Assembly (NCBI GenBank): GCA_963817955.1
Contig: CAWFQK010000004.1
Span: forward strand, 1,120,001 to 1,184,000
Length of the DNA: 64,000 bases
DNA from: an uncultured Gemmatimonadaceae bacterium
GTDB lineage: Bacteria; Gemmatimonadota; Gemmatimonadetes; Gemmatimonadales; Gemmatimonadaceae
Direction: 5' to 3'
Positions within the stretch are counted from its first letter, which is position 1; each line of letters starts with the position of its first letter. This document shows, in pieces, positions 1 through 9,796 of this stretch. A program made the translations under genes and the position numbers. Under the pieces are notes generated by a model that did not search any database, had not been told where the DNA came from, and saw nothing but the letters and a program-made list of their open reading frames with translations.

Positions 1-108
1 CCCGAACCTCGCCGACCGGCGATGGTGGCCTGCAAGCCAGGCACCCTGGTGCGCATGACCAGTATACTGACAACTCACAACTCACAACTGATCACTGATC
101 ACTGATCA
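1..108 (+). repeat. Left arm of ~110 bp imperfect inverted repeat (partner 2053-2162), containing CAACTCA and ATCACTG heptamer runs; may continue left of the window
   Basis: Reverse complement of 1-108 aligns with 2053-2162 with few mismatches (cccgaacctcgccgaccggcga... versus ...tcgccggtcggcgaggttcggg). Confidence 0.9.
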
Positions 109-120
109 TCCGCGAAGCCC

Positions 121-323
121 TGTCATCCTGAGCGAAGCGAAGGATCTCTGTGACCGACAGAACAGCTTTTCAACGGTAGAGGTCGCAGCGAACTGCAGAG
201 AACTGCGGAGAGAAGCACGTATAGGTCGAACGCGAGAGGCGATTCTCCATTCGGGGGTCGAAGCCGGCTGGTCACGAGACCCTACGGTTCGCTCAGATTG
301 ACACGGCGTCGCTCAGGATGACA
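121..323. repeat. REP-like inverted pair TGTCATCCTGAGCGA ... TCGCTCAGGATGACA (CGTC/TGTC-tagged palindromic repeat type)
   Basis: 121-135 is the exact reverse complement of 309-323; a second degenerate right end lies at 289-303; GTCATCCTGAGCGAAGCGAAGGATC is a typical repeat of this class. Confidence 0.75.
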
Positions 324-409
324 GGCGCCTCGTGTCCGCGGCCAACGGGGCGCCGAAATGGACCTGCATACCGACGGGCGCCCGATGCGCCGGGGTCGAA
401 AACTGGGAG

Positions 410-1841
410 CAACCGCCTCGGGCGGTTGCGATGTCGTCTCAGGGAGTTGCGATGTCGTCTCAGGGAGTTGCGAGTCGCCTCGGGGAACTGCGATGTCGCC
501 TCCCTGCGTTGGGATATCGTCTCGGAGCGTTGGGGTGTCGTCTCAGCGAGTTGGAGTAGCGTCTCGCCGAGTTGCAGTGCCGTGTCGACGCGCTACAGTG
601 GCAGCTCGACGCGTTCGGCTGACGGCTCAATGCGTTGGAGTGGCAGCTCTCCGAGTTGAGGTCTCGTCTCGACGGGTTGGGGTACCCGCTCGATGAGTTA
701 GGGTGCCCGGTCGACGAGTTAGGGTGCTGTCTCGATGGGTTAGGATGGGATCTCGAAGGGTTGGGGTGCCGTCTCGACGCGCTCCGATGGCGTCTCGGCG
801 AGTTAGGGTGCCGTCTCGACGTGCTCCGATTGCGTCTGGGCGAGTTTGAGTGCTCTCTCGCCGAGTTGCGATCTCAGCTCGATGCGCTCGGAAAGCAGCT
901 CGGCATCGGGCGCTGCTGTCTCGGCACGCAAGAGAGTCGCCTCGCGGCGATGCGATGCGATCTCGCCGCGGTCGCCTCCCCCCTCGGTCCGTTGCGATGC
1001 CTGCTAGCAAGGCGAGGATCCTGGCTCGCCGCGCTGGGATCCTCGCTCGATCCGTTGCGATCCGATCTGGACACGCGACGATCCTTGCTTGGCGCGTTGG
1101 GGTGCCAACTTGCCGCGTTGCATTGCCATGTCTCCGGGTTGCGATGCTCGGTCGACAGGCTCGCGTTCGATCTCGGCGCGATCGCATTCCATCTCGACGC
1201 GATCGAATTCGATCTCGGCACGATCGATCCCATCTCGGCACGATCGAATTCGATCTCGGCACGATCGATCCCATCTCGACGCGATCGAATTCGATCTCGG
1301 CGTGATCGATCCTATCTCGCCACGATCGAATTCGATCTCGGTGTGATCGATCCCATCTCGCCACGATCGAACTCGATTTCGGCACGATCGATCCCATCTC
1401 GCCACGATCGAATTCGATCTCGGCACGATCGATCCCATCTCGCCACGATCGCATTCCGTCTCGGTGCGATCGCATTCCGTCTCGGCGGAATCGCATTCCA
1501 TCTCGGCACGATCGATCCCATCTCGGCACGATCGCATTCCGTCTCGGCGCGATCGCATTCCGTCTCGGCGCGATCGCATTCCGTCTCGGCGGAATTGCAT
1601 TCGATCTCGGCGCGACCGCATTCCATCTCGCCACGATCGATCCCATCTCGCCACGATCGCATTCCGTCTCGGCGGAATTGCATTCGATCTCGGCGCGACC
1701 GCATTCCATCTCGCCACGATCGATCCCATCTCGCCACGATCGCATTCCGTCTCGGCGGAATTGCATTCGATCTCGGCGCGACCGCATTCCATCTCGCCAC
1801 GATCGACTTCGATCTCGCCACGATCGATCCCGCCTCGCCAC
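410..1841. repeat. ~1.4 kb tandem array of 21-bp units (with interspersed 20-bp units), diverged on the left and homogeneous with higher-order repeats on the right
   Basis: Units parsed by eye, e.g. GATCGAATTCGATCTCGGCAC (21), GATCGATCCCATCTCGCCAC (20), GATCGCATTCCGTCTCGGCGC (21). Confidence 0.92.
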
Positions 1842-2052
1842 TCGAGCGTCGGGCGATGATCGTAGTCCTATATATTAGTTCCGAAATTGGGGGGCAGCGC
1901 AAGGGTCAATATGACTGATTGACCAAAAACCGACATTTTTGAACGTTTCAGCGTTAGTACTAGTAGAGAGGTACGGCAGTCCCGTGTCCCGTGGTTGTTG
2001 TGACCCGGGGATAACAGGGGTTCGCGCGGGACGACAGGCGTCGAGGGGGATC

Positions 2053-2162
2053 AGTGATCAGTGATCAGTGATCAGTTGGCAGTTGTGAGTTGTCAGTATA
2101 CGGGTCATGCGCACCAGGGCGCCTGGTTCGCGGGCCACTATCGCCGGTCGGCGAGGTTCGGG
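2053..2162 (-). repeat. Right arm of the ~110 bp inverted repeat, followed by more GTTGTGA heptamers and a third partial copy at 2231-2247
   Basis: Direct alignment to positions 1-108. Confidence 0.9.
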
Positions 2163-2464
2163 TGTCCAGTTGTGAGTTGTGAGTTGTGCGTGTTTTAAAA
2201 CGCGCAACGCATCACTCGCAACTGGCAACTCGAACCTCGCCGACCGGTGGGCCGACCGCTACGGAGCAGCCAGCGACATCCAGCCGGTCACCACCCGGAG
2301 TCCACTCCCGGGCCGGATCGGCCTGCAGAACATGGGGATCGGCACACGCCGGTCCCCATGTCTACTTTGTACGTACGAAGTTTCAACATCGACTCGGCGC
2401 GAGTCTTCGACGTGAACGACACGATCGACCTCGCGGAGACCCTCGCCCAGCGGAGTAATCGATC

Positions 2465-3592
2465 ATGTCACCCTTTCGCCTGCTTGCCCTGCTCGCGCTC
2501 CCGTTCGCATCGGTCGCGGCGCAAGACGCAACTATCGTCTACCGCCTTGGCCGCGACACGGTGGCCGTGGAGCAATACACGCGAACACCAACGCGATTCT
2601 CTGGCGAGATGGTGTCGCGCGCCGGCACTGCGGTCACGCGAACGCAATACGACATCACCATCGCCGCTGGACGACCAACGGCTGCCGTGGTCCGTCGGCG
2701 TCAGGCCGACGGTTCGCCCATTCCCAACAATCCGCTCGAGGTCCGCTTCGCCTTCCGCGCCGACTCGGCGCGCCGCGAAATCGTCTGGCGCGACAGCACA
2801 CAGGTGCGGGCCTTCGCCGCACCGAACGCCTTCTTCACGATGCCGGTGTTCGCGTACGCGCCGTTCGAGTTGATCTACGCTCGCGGCCCGGGAGCACGCG
2901 ACTCGGTAATGGCCATCGGCACGACCGGCAACGCCGTGAGCGTGATTGGCTTGCAGCCGTACTCGGGTGACACGCTGCGCATGCACGGCGGTCCATACCC
3001 GATGCTCGCGCGCTTCGATCGCAACGGACAGTTGCTCATGACGGACGGCGTATTCACGACGAACAAAGCCGTCGGCAAGCGAACCCCAGGCAAAGTCGAC
3101 ATCGCCGCGCTCGCCACGACCATGAAACCAACCGGCGTATTGTCTCCACGTGCCACCGCCTATGCAGGGTTCAGTCGCGGTCCGATCTTCATCAATTATG
3201 GGCGTCCAGCGGTGCGCGAACGTACCGTATGGGGCGGCGTGCTCGTGCCATTCGACACCATCTGGCGCACGGGCGCAAACGAGGCCACGCACCTGGCGAC
3301 CTCGAAGACGATGTCCCTTGGCGACATGACACTCGCGCCAGGTCTGTACACGCTGTGGACACAGCACACGCGCAACGGCACGTTCCTCATCGTGAACCGC
3401 CAGGTCGGCCAGTGGGGAACGGATTACGATCCGAAGCAGGACATCGGCCGAGTGCGGATGGACATGTCGCATACCCCGGAACACGTTGAGGATTTCACGA
3501 TCACGATCCGCGCAACGGGCCCAAATCGCGGCGCGATCGACTTGGCATGGGGAGATTCCGTCGCCACGGCGAGTTTTGCTGTAAAGCCCTGA
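2465..3592 (+). CDS. Secreted DUF2911 domain-containing protein
   Basis: Signal peptide; C-terminal LSPR..INYGRPAVRERTVWGGVLVPFDTIWRTGANEAT signature. Confidence 0.85.
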   Translation: MSPFRLLALLALPFASVAAQDATIVYRLGRDTVAVEQYTRTPTRFSGEMVSRAGTAVTRTQYDITIAAGRPTAAVVRRRQADGSPIPNNPLEVRFAFRADSARREIVWRDSTQVRAFAAPNAFFTMPVFAYAPFELIYARGPGARDSVMAIGTTGNAVSVIGLQPYSGDTLRMHGGPYPMLARFDRNGQLLMTDGVFTTNKAVGKRTPGKVDIAALATTMKPTGVLSPRATAYAGFSRGPIFINYGRPAVRERTVWGGVLVPFDTIWRTGANEATHLATSKTMSLGDMTLAPGLYTLWTQHTRNGTFLIVNRQVGQWGTDYDPKQDIGRVRMDMSHTPEHVEDFTITIRATGPNRGAIDLAWGDSVATASFAVKP

Positions 3593-3738
3593 TAGGCGAC
3601 AACGGAACGCGGGATGTGAAGCCGGCCAAAGAGGGCCGCCGAGACTGCGGTGGCGGCCCACGTGCGCTTTGGCATCACAACAAACAGTTCGACTGAGAGC
3701 GCGCTGCGGAAAATCAGCTCCTCAGAGGGCTGACACGC

Positions 3739-4422
3739 TCACTTGCGCGCGAGGATTGCCTGGCCCGATGAAAGCGATCCGTCGGCCGCTCGCGTCGCCA
3801 CGACGACAACCTGCTCGCCTGTCGACAACGGCTTCGATGTGGGCGTGAGGACCGTCACCGGCGTGTTAGGTGGCACGGTGACCTTCAGCGAGCCGCCCGG
3901 ATACTGCACGAGAAGCGTTGAATCCTTGATGCCGGCGACGTTGCCGTTCGACATGCGCGAGCCCGACACGGCGCCATTCGTCATGCGGCTGCCGCCGCCC
4001 ATCGGGTGCTGCGTCGTCATCATGCGGCTTCCCTCGCCCATTCCCCGCAGCTCTTCGGGAAAGATGTGAATCTCAGTGGCTTTCTCCGATCCGTCGGGCT
4101 GCTTCACCGTCGTCACGCCGATGAAGGAATTGTCTTTCACATCGGCGAGCTTCGCGGTCTCTCGATCGTATACCTTGAACGGCTGCGTCAGCTTGACCGT
4201 CACGCGTCCCGTGTCCACCCTGACCACCATATTCATTGCCGACATGCTGGCGACCGCTCCGCGAAGCGTGACCGCGGTATCAGCACGTTCGCCCAACGCG
4301 CCATAGGCCGAGTGGGTGCCTGAGCGCGACCCCGCGCTCGGCTCCCGTCCGCAGGCGGCGATAGCTGCCGCAGCGGCGAGCCCGGCGAGACAGCGGGTTG
4401 GACCATAGAAGTTGCGAATCAT
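3739..4422 (-). CDS. Putative lipoprotein, DUF5666-like repeated beta domains
   Basis: Lipobox-like AIAAC; GGGAGG ribosome-binding site; ATEIHIFPEELRG.GEGSR motif. Confidence 0.65.
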   Translation of the reverse strand: MIRNFYGPTRCLAGLAAAAAIAACGREPSAGSRSGTHSAYGALGERADTAVTLRGAVASMSAMNMVVRVDTGRVTVKLTQPFKVYDRETAKLADVKDNSFIGVTTVKQPDGSEKATEIHIFPEELRGMGEGSRMMTTQHPMGGGSRMTNGAVSGSRMSNGNVAGIKDSTLLVQYPGGSLKVTVPPNTPVTVLTPTSKPLSTGEQVVVVATRAADGSLSSGQAILARK

Positions 4423-4528
4423 TGGAACCTCCCTGTGTGCGATAGCAACACCGAGAGGATTCGCACGAGTCGTGCTCGGACGGTCGCGTTACAGTGGCGC
4501 CAGTCCGCTCATGCCGAAAACTCGTCCC

Positions 4529-4915
4529 TTAGCCGATGGTCACATCGACGACGGCGATCGGCAACGCCGGACCCTCATCGCGAGCCTGAATGGCGATCAC
4601 ATTACGGTCGCCGCGATGGACCCGCACGCTGACCTCATCGTCCGCATGGCCGTCGCGCTCGGCACGGACGAACCCGCCTGTCATGAGCGGCCTGAGATGC
4701 AGGCGAAAATTTCCGATGAATTGGTCCTGTCCGCGCACGTTCGGCTTCCAATGCAGCTCGATGTAGGCGGGCTCCTCGTCTAGCCGTAGGACGCCCTCGT
4801 ATTGCTGCCGGTTGTCGTCACGCAATACCCACCGATGCACGCGTGCGCCGGGCGGAACGTCGTCGATCCGTTCAACGACCGCGGTTGCAGATTCAAGTGG
4901 GAATGAGTACGGCAT
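4529..4915 (-). CDS. Hypothetical protein (128 aa, start MPYSFP)
   Basis: Globular-looking composition and GC3-rich codons. Confidence 0.55.
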   Translation of the reverse strand: MPYSFPLESATAVVERIDDVPPGARVHRWVLRDDNRQQYEGVLRLDEEPAYIELHWKPNVRGQDQFIGNFRLHLRPLMTGGFVRAERDGHADDEVSVRVHRGDRNVIAIQARDEGPALPIAVVDVTIG

Positions 4916-5018
4916 CGGAACGTGGTGCGCGATAGTCAGTGAGCACGGACGCCTACAGTGCACACGCCGCACCAGCAGTCGGGAGAATCGAGCCCAGCCG
5001 CGCAGCCCGCGCGCCGGA

Positions 5019-5192
5019 TTATTCCTGAGCTCGCGGCAAGACTGGCTGCCTGCCGAGTGCTTGCTCGATCCGGTCCAATCGCTCGAGCGCTTCGCGCAGA
5101 TCGCGCCTCACGTTGCCGAGGGTGGCGAGGGCCCATATGAATCCGACCACGGCGCCGACAGACAGGGCGAAACTGAGGAGAGCAGCGATCAT
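5019..5192 (-). CDS. Small single-pass membrane protein with coiled-coil tail (57 aa)
   Basis: MIAALLSFALSVGAVVGFIWALATL hydrophobic helix followed by LREALERLDRIEQAL. Confidence 0.5.
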   Translation of the reverse strand: MIAALLSFALSVGAVVGFIWALATLGNVRRDLREALERLDRIEQALGRQPVLPRAQE

Positions 5193-5263
5193 GGGAGTTA
5201 TCAGAAAATTAGTAAACGGCAATGACCTTCGCGAAGGGTCCGTGAGGAGAATCCGCTGACCTG

Positions 5264-6598
5264 TTACAGGCGCATGCCGGCGACCATTCCAGCAACGCCA
5301 ACGATCACGACAATTCCCGCGCCAGCCGCGGCGAACCGCACCCACCGCTGAAAGGGCACGCCCGCCGCAAGCAACACGGCCATCAGTGCGCCATTCGTCG
5401 GCGTGAGCAGCTCACACAGCCCGGCGCCCATCTGATACGCGAGCACCGTGACCGGCCGCCCAACGCCGAGCAGATCAGACAGTGGCACGAACACCGGCAT
5501 CGTGAGCACGGCCTGACCGCTCACGCTGGGCACCACGACGTGAATGAGGCCCTGAGCCGGGATCATGAGCAGCGCAGCCAGCGCCGGCGACGTGTGGCCG
5601 AGGGGCGTGGCCAGCGCCTGCAACATCGTGTCGATGACGTGGCCGTCGCCGAGCACGAGCGAGATGCTCCGCGCCACACCGATCAACAACGCGGCGGGCA
5701 GCAGGCTTTGCATGCCCTCGAGGTACGCGTACGTCGTTCCTTCCACGCCAAGCCCGCCAAGCAATCCGGCGGCGACGGCGGCGACGAAGAACCCCGCCGA
5801 GAGCTCGTTGAACCCCCAGCCGAGCGCGATCGATCCATACACGTACGCCGCCATGGGTGACAATACCAGGGCAAGGATCAAGGCGTCCTTCGCCGACACG
5901 CGGGCCGCGGGCGCATCGTCCGGTTCGGCCACGGCACTCCGTGTACGCGCGGCATGGCGCATCGTCCATCCCACCCAGAGGATGAACGCCACCACGAGCA
6001 GGGCGAAGCGCATGACGAACCCGGAACCCGCGGGGATCTGCGCGAGCTTCATCGCGATCCCGGCCTGGAACGGATTCGTCGGCCCAAAGGCACTGCCGAT
6101 CATTGCCGCACCGGCGCTCATCGCCACCACACTCACCGCATCGATGCCAAGTCCGCGGCCGAGGATGAGCAGCACGGGCACGAGTGGAATGATCTCCTCC
6201 TGCATGTTCTCCAGCGCGCCCATCGTGGTGAAGAACAGGGAGATGACGGGTATCGCGATGAGTCCCCGGCGACGAAACATGAACACGAGGGCCGCTACGA
6301 TTCGTCCGAGCGTACCGAGGCGGTCGACGACGACCCAGGCACCACCCACGAACAGGACGACAGCAATGACATCGGCAGCCTCGATGAATCCACGCGGAAC
6401 GGCGACCGCGGCGGCGAACGGACCGACCGGCGCGGGAGGCACGCCGTGATAGGTGCCAGCAACGACCACGCTCTTGTGCGTGACCGGATCGTCGCGACGG
6501 TCGTACTGCCCGGCGGGCAATATCCACGTGAGCATCGCCGCGACGACCACGCCGGCGAGCAAGAGGATGATCGGATGCGGAAGTCGGAAGCGCTGCAC
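5264..6598 (-). CDS. YfcC/DcuC-like transporter (C4-dicarboxylate anaerobic carrier family)
   Basis: LPHP N-terminus, TWILPAGQYDR, NPFQAGIA, VPSVSGQA, TPTNGALMA motifs; many TM helices. Confidence 0.85.
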   Translation of the reverse strand: MQRFRLPHPIILLLAGVVVAAMLTWILPAGQYDRRDDPVTHKSVVVAGTYHGVPPAPVGPFAAAVAVPRGFIEAADVIAVVLFVGGAWVVVDRLGTLGRIVAALVFMFRRRGLIAIPVISLFFTTMGALENMQEEIIPLVPVLLILGRGLGIDAVSVVAMSAGAAMIGSAFGPTNPFQAGIAMKLAQIPAGSGFVMRFALLVVAFILWVGWTMRHAARTRSAVAEPDDAPAARVSAKDALILALVLSPMAAYVYGSIALGWGFNELSAGFFVAAVAAGLLGGLGVEGTTYAYLEGMQSLLPAALLIGVARSISLVLGDGHVIDTMLQALATPLGHTSPALAALLMIPAQGLIHVVVPSVSGQAVLTMPVFVPLSDLLGVGRPVTVLAYQMGAGLCELLTPTNGALMAVLLAAGVPFQRWVRFAAAGAGIVVIVGVAGMVAGMRL

Positions 6599-6684
6599 GA
6601 GGGGAGCTTACGCTCCAACTCGCCATCCCGCCACTGGGCACGGCGACACAGTCGGCATCGAGTTGGCCGTATCCGCCTGCACCA

Positions 6685-6918
6685 CTATCGCCGGTCGATC
6701 TTCACACGCCAGACGTCCGGGCCCTCGGCCTCATACGTCCAGTGAAACTGATCCGGATGCTCGGCCGCAAGCTGGTAGCGGAGTGGTTTCGGATCGTGGT
6801 CGTTGATGAGCACCATCGATTCGCCGGCGGCGAGGCTGTCAAAGGTGCGGAAGATGGTCGGGTGCTTGTCGCGCGGCGGAATCGTGCGGACATCGAGCTC
6901 GATGGGATTGATTGGCAT
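6685..6918 (-). CDS. DUF2249 domain protein (77 aa)
   Basis: LDVRTIPPRDKHPTIF..LINDHDPKPL..YEAEGPDVWRV. Confidence 0.88.
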   Translation of the reverse strand: MPINPIELDVRTIPPRDKHPTIFRTFDSLAAGESMVLINDHDPKPLRYQLAAEHPDQFHWTYEAEGPDVWRVKIDRR

Positions 6919-6958
6919 GGTGAGGTTCCGTTGAGAGAATGTGAATGTTCCAAGCGGC

Positions 6959-7528
6959 CTAGCAGGCGCGCCAGATGCGAACGAGCACGCGGTCGTCCTG
7001 CGATTCGTCGACGTCGCACGCAAAGCCACCGTCGGCGAGCAAGGGAAAGAGCAGTTGCGGCACCCGATCGTTCACCTGCACGAGCACATGTCCGGCCGGA
7101 AGTGTCTCGAGGGCGGCCAGTGTTCGCATCATCGGCTCCGGCGGCTCGAGCCCGCGTACGTCCAGCCATGTCGTCGCTGCATCGACGTCGCCGACCATTG
7201 ACCCCGCCGTCGCGACCGGAGCGTCCTTGCCCTCGTGTTCGTTCGGACGCCAGAACCATGACGACCAGTCGTCCGCGGCGTGCGCCCGTGACTCATGCGA
7301 GAATCCACGCTTCGCAAGAATGGCAACGAGCGGCGCAGGCTCGAAGATCGTACGAAGGTGCAACAGCTCGCCCGCGTTGAGCTTGCTCACGGCGTCCATG
7401 ATCGTCGAAAATGGCTCCTTGCCCGATCGTAGCGCGTCGCGGACGTCCAGGTCGACTACGTGTGTCGAGACAGGATGGATCAGGTGCGCGGTTGGTTCAA
7501 CTGGTGTCGAGATCCGTGCGTCGCTCAT
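6959..7528 (-). CDS. Tandem DUF2249 domain protein
   Basis: LDVRDALRSGKEPFSTIM and LDVRGLEPPEPMMRTL domains; start overlaps upstream stop (ATGA). Confidence 0.85.
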   Translation of the reverse strand: MSDARISTPVEPTAHLIHPVSTHVVDLDVRDALRSGKEPFSTIMDAVSKLNAGELLHLRTIFEPAPLVAILAKRGFSHESRAHAADDWSSWFWRPNEHEGKDAPVATAGSMVGDVDAATTWLDVRGLEPPEPMMRTLAALETLPAGHVLVQVNDRVPQLLFPLLADGGFACDVDESQDDRVLVRIWRAC

Positions 7529-8844
7529 GTCGTACCTCCCATGCGGCCGCCAAGCGCGACCCGTATGATCTGGCTTGCGAACAACAGAACTCCAATGAGA
7601 AAGAGAGCTGCGCCGGTGTATGCACCGAGCGTTGAGCCGAGCAGGATCGCGATGGCAATGGCGAGCACCCCGGCCGACATCGCGGCGAGTTGCGCAAGCG
7701 CGGCCCGCGCCGAGTACATGTCCGCGATCCTTGGCACGCCAGGCATGCTCATCTGGCCGCGGTATCGCACCGTCCATGCGAGCAACGGGACGATCTTGTA
7801 GAAGAAGCCGACGACGTACATCGCGATGCCGCCCAACAAACCAACGAGCACGTATGTGGTAGCGACGCGCGTTGCGGATGGCCCCAACGACAGCACGATC
7901 GGTCCGAGCAGGGCGGCGCTGGCAAGAAAGGCAACGGCTGCCGCGGCGAATCGCATCCCGATGTCGATCCGTTTTCGCACTCGCGCGTGGTAGAAGGCGT
8001 ACGCCTGACGCAGGAAGCAGGCGACACCGAATTCGAGCAATGCAGCCGACAGCCAGACGACGGCGCGGACGGGCGTATTGAGTCCGAGCGCGAGCAGTAC
8101 GATGCCCGCGGCGAGCGACGCCAGCGCGCGCTTTGTCCATCGCGTATCCGCGCCATGGGCCAGCAAAAACATCGGGAGCAACCGGTGCGAGACGCCGACG
8201 ATCATGATCAGCGCCCAGCCCACGATCGCCACGTGGAGATGCGTCGCGAGTACGCGCACGCGCGCGGCGGCAATGAACCCGGTGTCGATGTTGTGCAGGA
8301 GTACGACGCCCAGCACGAGCGTCGACGACAGAAACGTCAACGCGAGTGCGATCGCCGCCCATGTCACGTCGCGTGCGCGCGCCCGCGGCAGCGTTGCGGC
8401 CACGTTGGCCACGGCGAGCATGACTCCGGCGGCCACGAGTGCGACGCCCACATCGTGCAGCACCAACGAGCCGTCCGCGACCCCACACGCAAACAGTCCC
8501 GCGCCGGGCGCGAAGGTCCAGAAGCTCGCATGTCCCACGCGAGGCCACCGAATTGGCGCACCGAGTGCGACCGGTAGGAGTTGGTACAGCGCACCGAAGA
8601 TTGCGGTGGTCAGCCAGCCGAGCGTGAACAGGTGCGTGATGCCGGCAACGTGTGGCGAGAGGTAATCGCCAGCGGCGAGGTCCGGCGCGATCCAAACGAG
8701 GCCGATCGAGCCGGCAATCAGGTAGAGCGTCGCGGCCGCAAAGTGTTCGCCGGCGAGGCGCATGGATCCAGTGGCAGGCGTCACGAGTCTGCCGGTTGCG
8801 CTCGGCGGCACCGAAGTCGGTCGATGTGTTCCTGGTTGCGTCAT
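7525..8844 (-). CDS. Polytopic membrane protein with conserved His motifs (heme-copper oxidase subunit I-like/NnrS-like fold)
   Basis: About 12 TM helices; THLFTLGW, GALYQLLPV, THLHVAIVGW, SHRLLPMF, YKIVP motifs. Confidence 0.7.
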   Translation of the reverse strand: MTQPGTHRPTSVPPSATGRLVTPATGSMRLAGEHFAAATLYLIAGSIGLVWIAPDLAAGDYLSPHVAGITHLFTLGWLTTAIFGALYQLLPVALGAPIRWPRVGHASFWTFAPGAGLFACGVADGSLVLHDVGVALVAAGVMLAVANVAATLPRARARDVTWAAIALALTFLSSTLVLGVVLLHNIDTGFIAAARVRVLATHLHVAIVGWALIMIVGVSHRLLPMFLLAHGADTRWTKRALASLAAGIVLLALGLNTPVRAVVWLSAALLEFGVACFLRQAYAFYHARVRKRIDIGMRFAAAAVAFLASAALLGPIVLSLGPSATRVATTYVLVGLLGGIAMYVVGFFYKIVPLLAWTVRYRGQMSMPGVPRIADMYSARAALAQLAAMSAGVLAIAIAILLGSTLGAYTGAALFLIGVLLFASQIIRVALGGRMGGTT

Positions 8845-8917
8845 CGGCCAGGTCGCGTCTCGATCACCGCGAAGGGAGGTCTCATTCCGAATGCTCGCGC
8901 ATCGCGACGTTCGGAGG

Positions 8918-8933
8918 TGTGACGGATGTCTCA
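8918..8933. promoter_or_regulatory. CRP/FNR-family box TGTGA-N6-TCTCA
   Basis: TGTGACGGATGTCTCA, one mismatch to TGTGA-N6-TCACA, about 75 bp upstream of the 8844 start. Confidence 0.6.
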
Positions 8934-8955
8934 GCGATGGGGCGTGCGCCTGTAG

Positions 8956-9744
8956 CTACCGCTCGTCGCCACCTCGACTGGGCAGAAGGGCCCGGAGGCG
9001 CGAAACGTCCGGAATGAGCAGACGGTCGAGTCCGAGCGGCTCAATCAGTCCCTTGCTGCGCAGTTGCTTCATTGCGCGCGAGACCGATTCGCGCGCGGCA
9101 CCGATCTCGCGCGCGATCTCCTCGTGCGTGCGGTCGAGCTCGATTTCCACACCCGAGACGCCTGGTGCGCCCGCACGTTCCGCATAGCCGACAAGGAGCA
9201 GCGCGAGACGTGCGGCAACATCTCGGAACGCAAGCGTTTCTGTGAGATGCACCATGTGTCGCAGGCGGCGGCCCAGCGCGCGGATGACTGCCTGTGCGAT
9301 ATCGGGTTGAGTCCTGTAGAGATATTCAAAATCGGACCGCGGCAGGAATACGAGGCGCGACGCCTCGATCGTGATCGCCGACGCCGGGTAAGGCCCGCCA
9401 TCGAACAGAGGCAACTCCGCCACGGGACACCCCGGCCCTTCGATGCGTAGGACTTGCTCGCGACCGGCCGGATCCGTCCGATAGATGCGCACGCGCCCTG
9501 ACTCGATCATGTAGAGCCCGCGGCACTCTTCACCGGTCGTGAACAGCACGTGCCCCGTGGGTACCGAACGGGGCACGCATCGATGCGCAAGTTGGATCAG
9601 CCCGTCGTCGCCAAGTCCAACGAACAGCGGAATCTGCCGGAGCAGATCGAAGACGGGCGCGTCGGAAGCGTGCGTGCTTGGCATAATAAGAGAAGTAGAT
9701 GAAGGCAGCCCGTCGAACCCTCCGTCCGACGTTTGATGTGACAT
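8956..9744 (-). CDS. Crp/Fnr family transcriptional regulator (true start may be 9684)
   Basis: cNMP-binding fold (LRQIPLF, GRVRIYR, AELPLFDGGPYPASA) and HTH THEEIAREIGAARESVSR. Confidence 0.92.
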   Translation of the reverse strand: MSHQTSDGGFDGLPSSTSLIMPSTHASDAPVFDLLRQIPLFVGLGDDGLIQLAHRCVPRSVPTGHVLFTTGEECRGLYMIESGRVRIYRTDPAGREQVLRIEGPGCPVAELPLFDGGPYPASAITIEASRLVFLPRSDFEYLYRTQPDIAQAVIRALGRRLRHMVHLTETLAFRDVAARLALLLVGYAERAGAPGVSGVEIELDRTHEEIAREIGAARESVSRAMKQLRSKGLIEPLGLDRLLIPDVSRLRALLPSRGGDER

Positions 9745-9752
9745 CAGTCACG
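9737..9752. promoter_or_regulatory. CRP/FNR-family box TGTGA-N6-TCACG in the divergent promoter
   Basis: TGTGACATCAGTCACG between the regulator and the DUF59 gene. Confidence 0.65.
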
Positions 9753-9796
9753 CGGCGCAACGCGTTCGTCCACCAGCTTTCGAGGCATCACACTCA

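Noticed and set aside
1159..1841. CRISPR array
   Set aside because: Units are contiguous with no unique spacers, and no cas genes are in the window
627..1918. Long ORFs (404-427 aa) across the satellite as real genes
   Set aside because: Open in several frames only because the units lack stops; 20-bp units scramble the peptide pattern; no RBS or domain
2270..2460. Possible gene remnant (GRIGLQNMG, LYVRSFNID) and hairpin at 2330-2361
   Set aside because: Too short and frame-inconsistent to assign without a search
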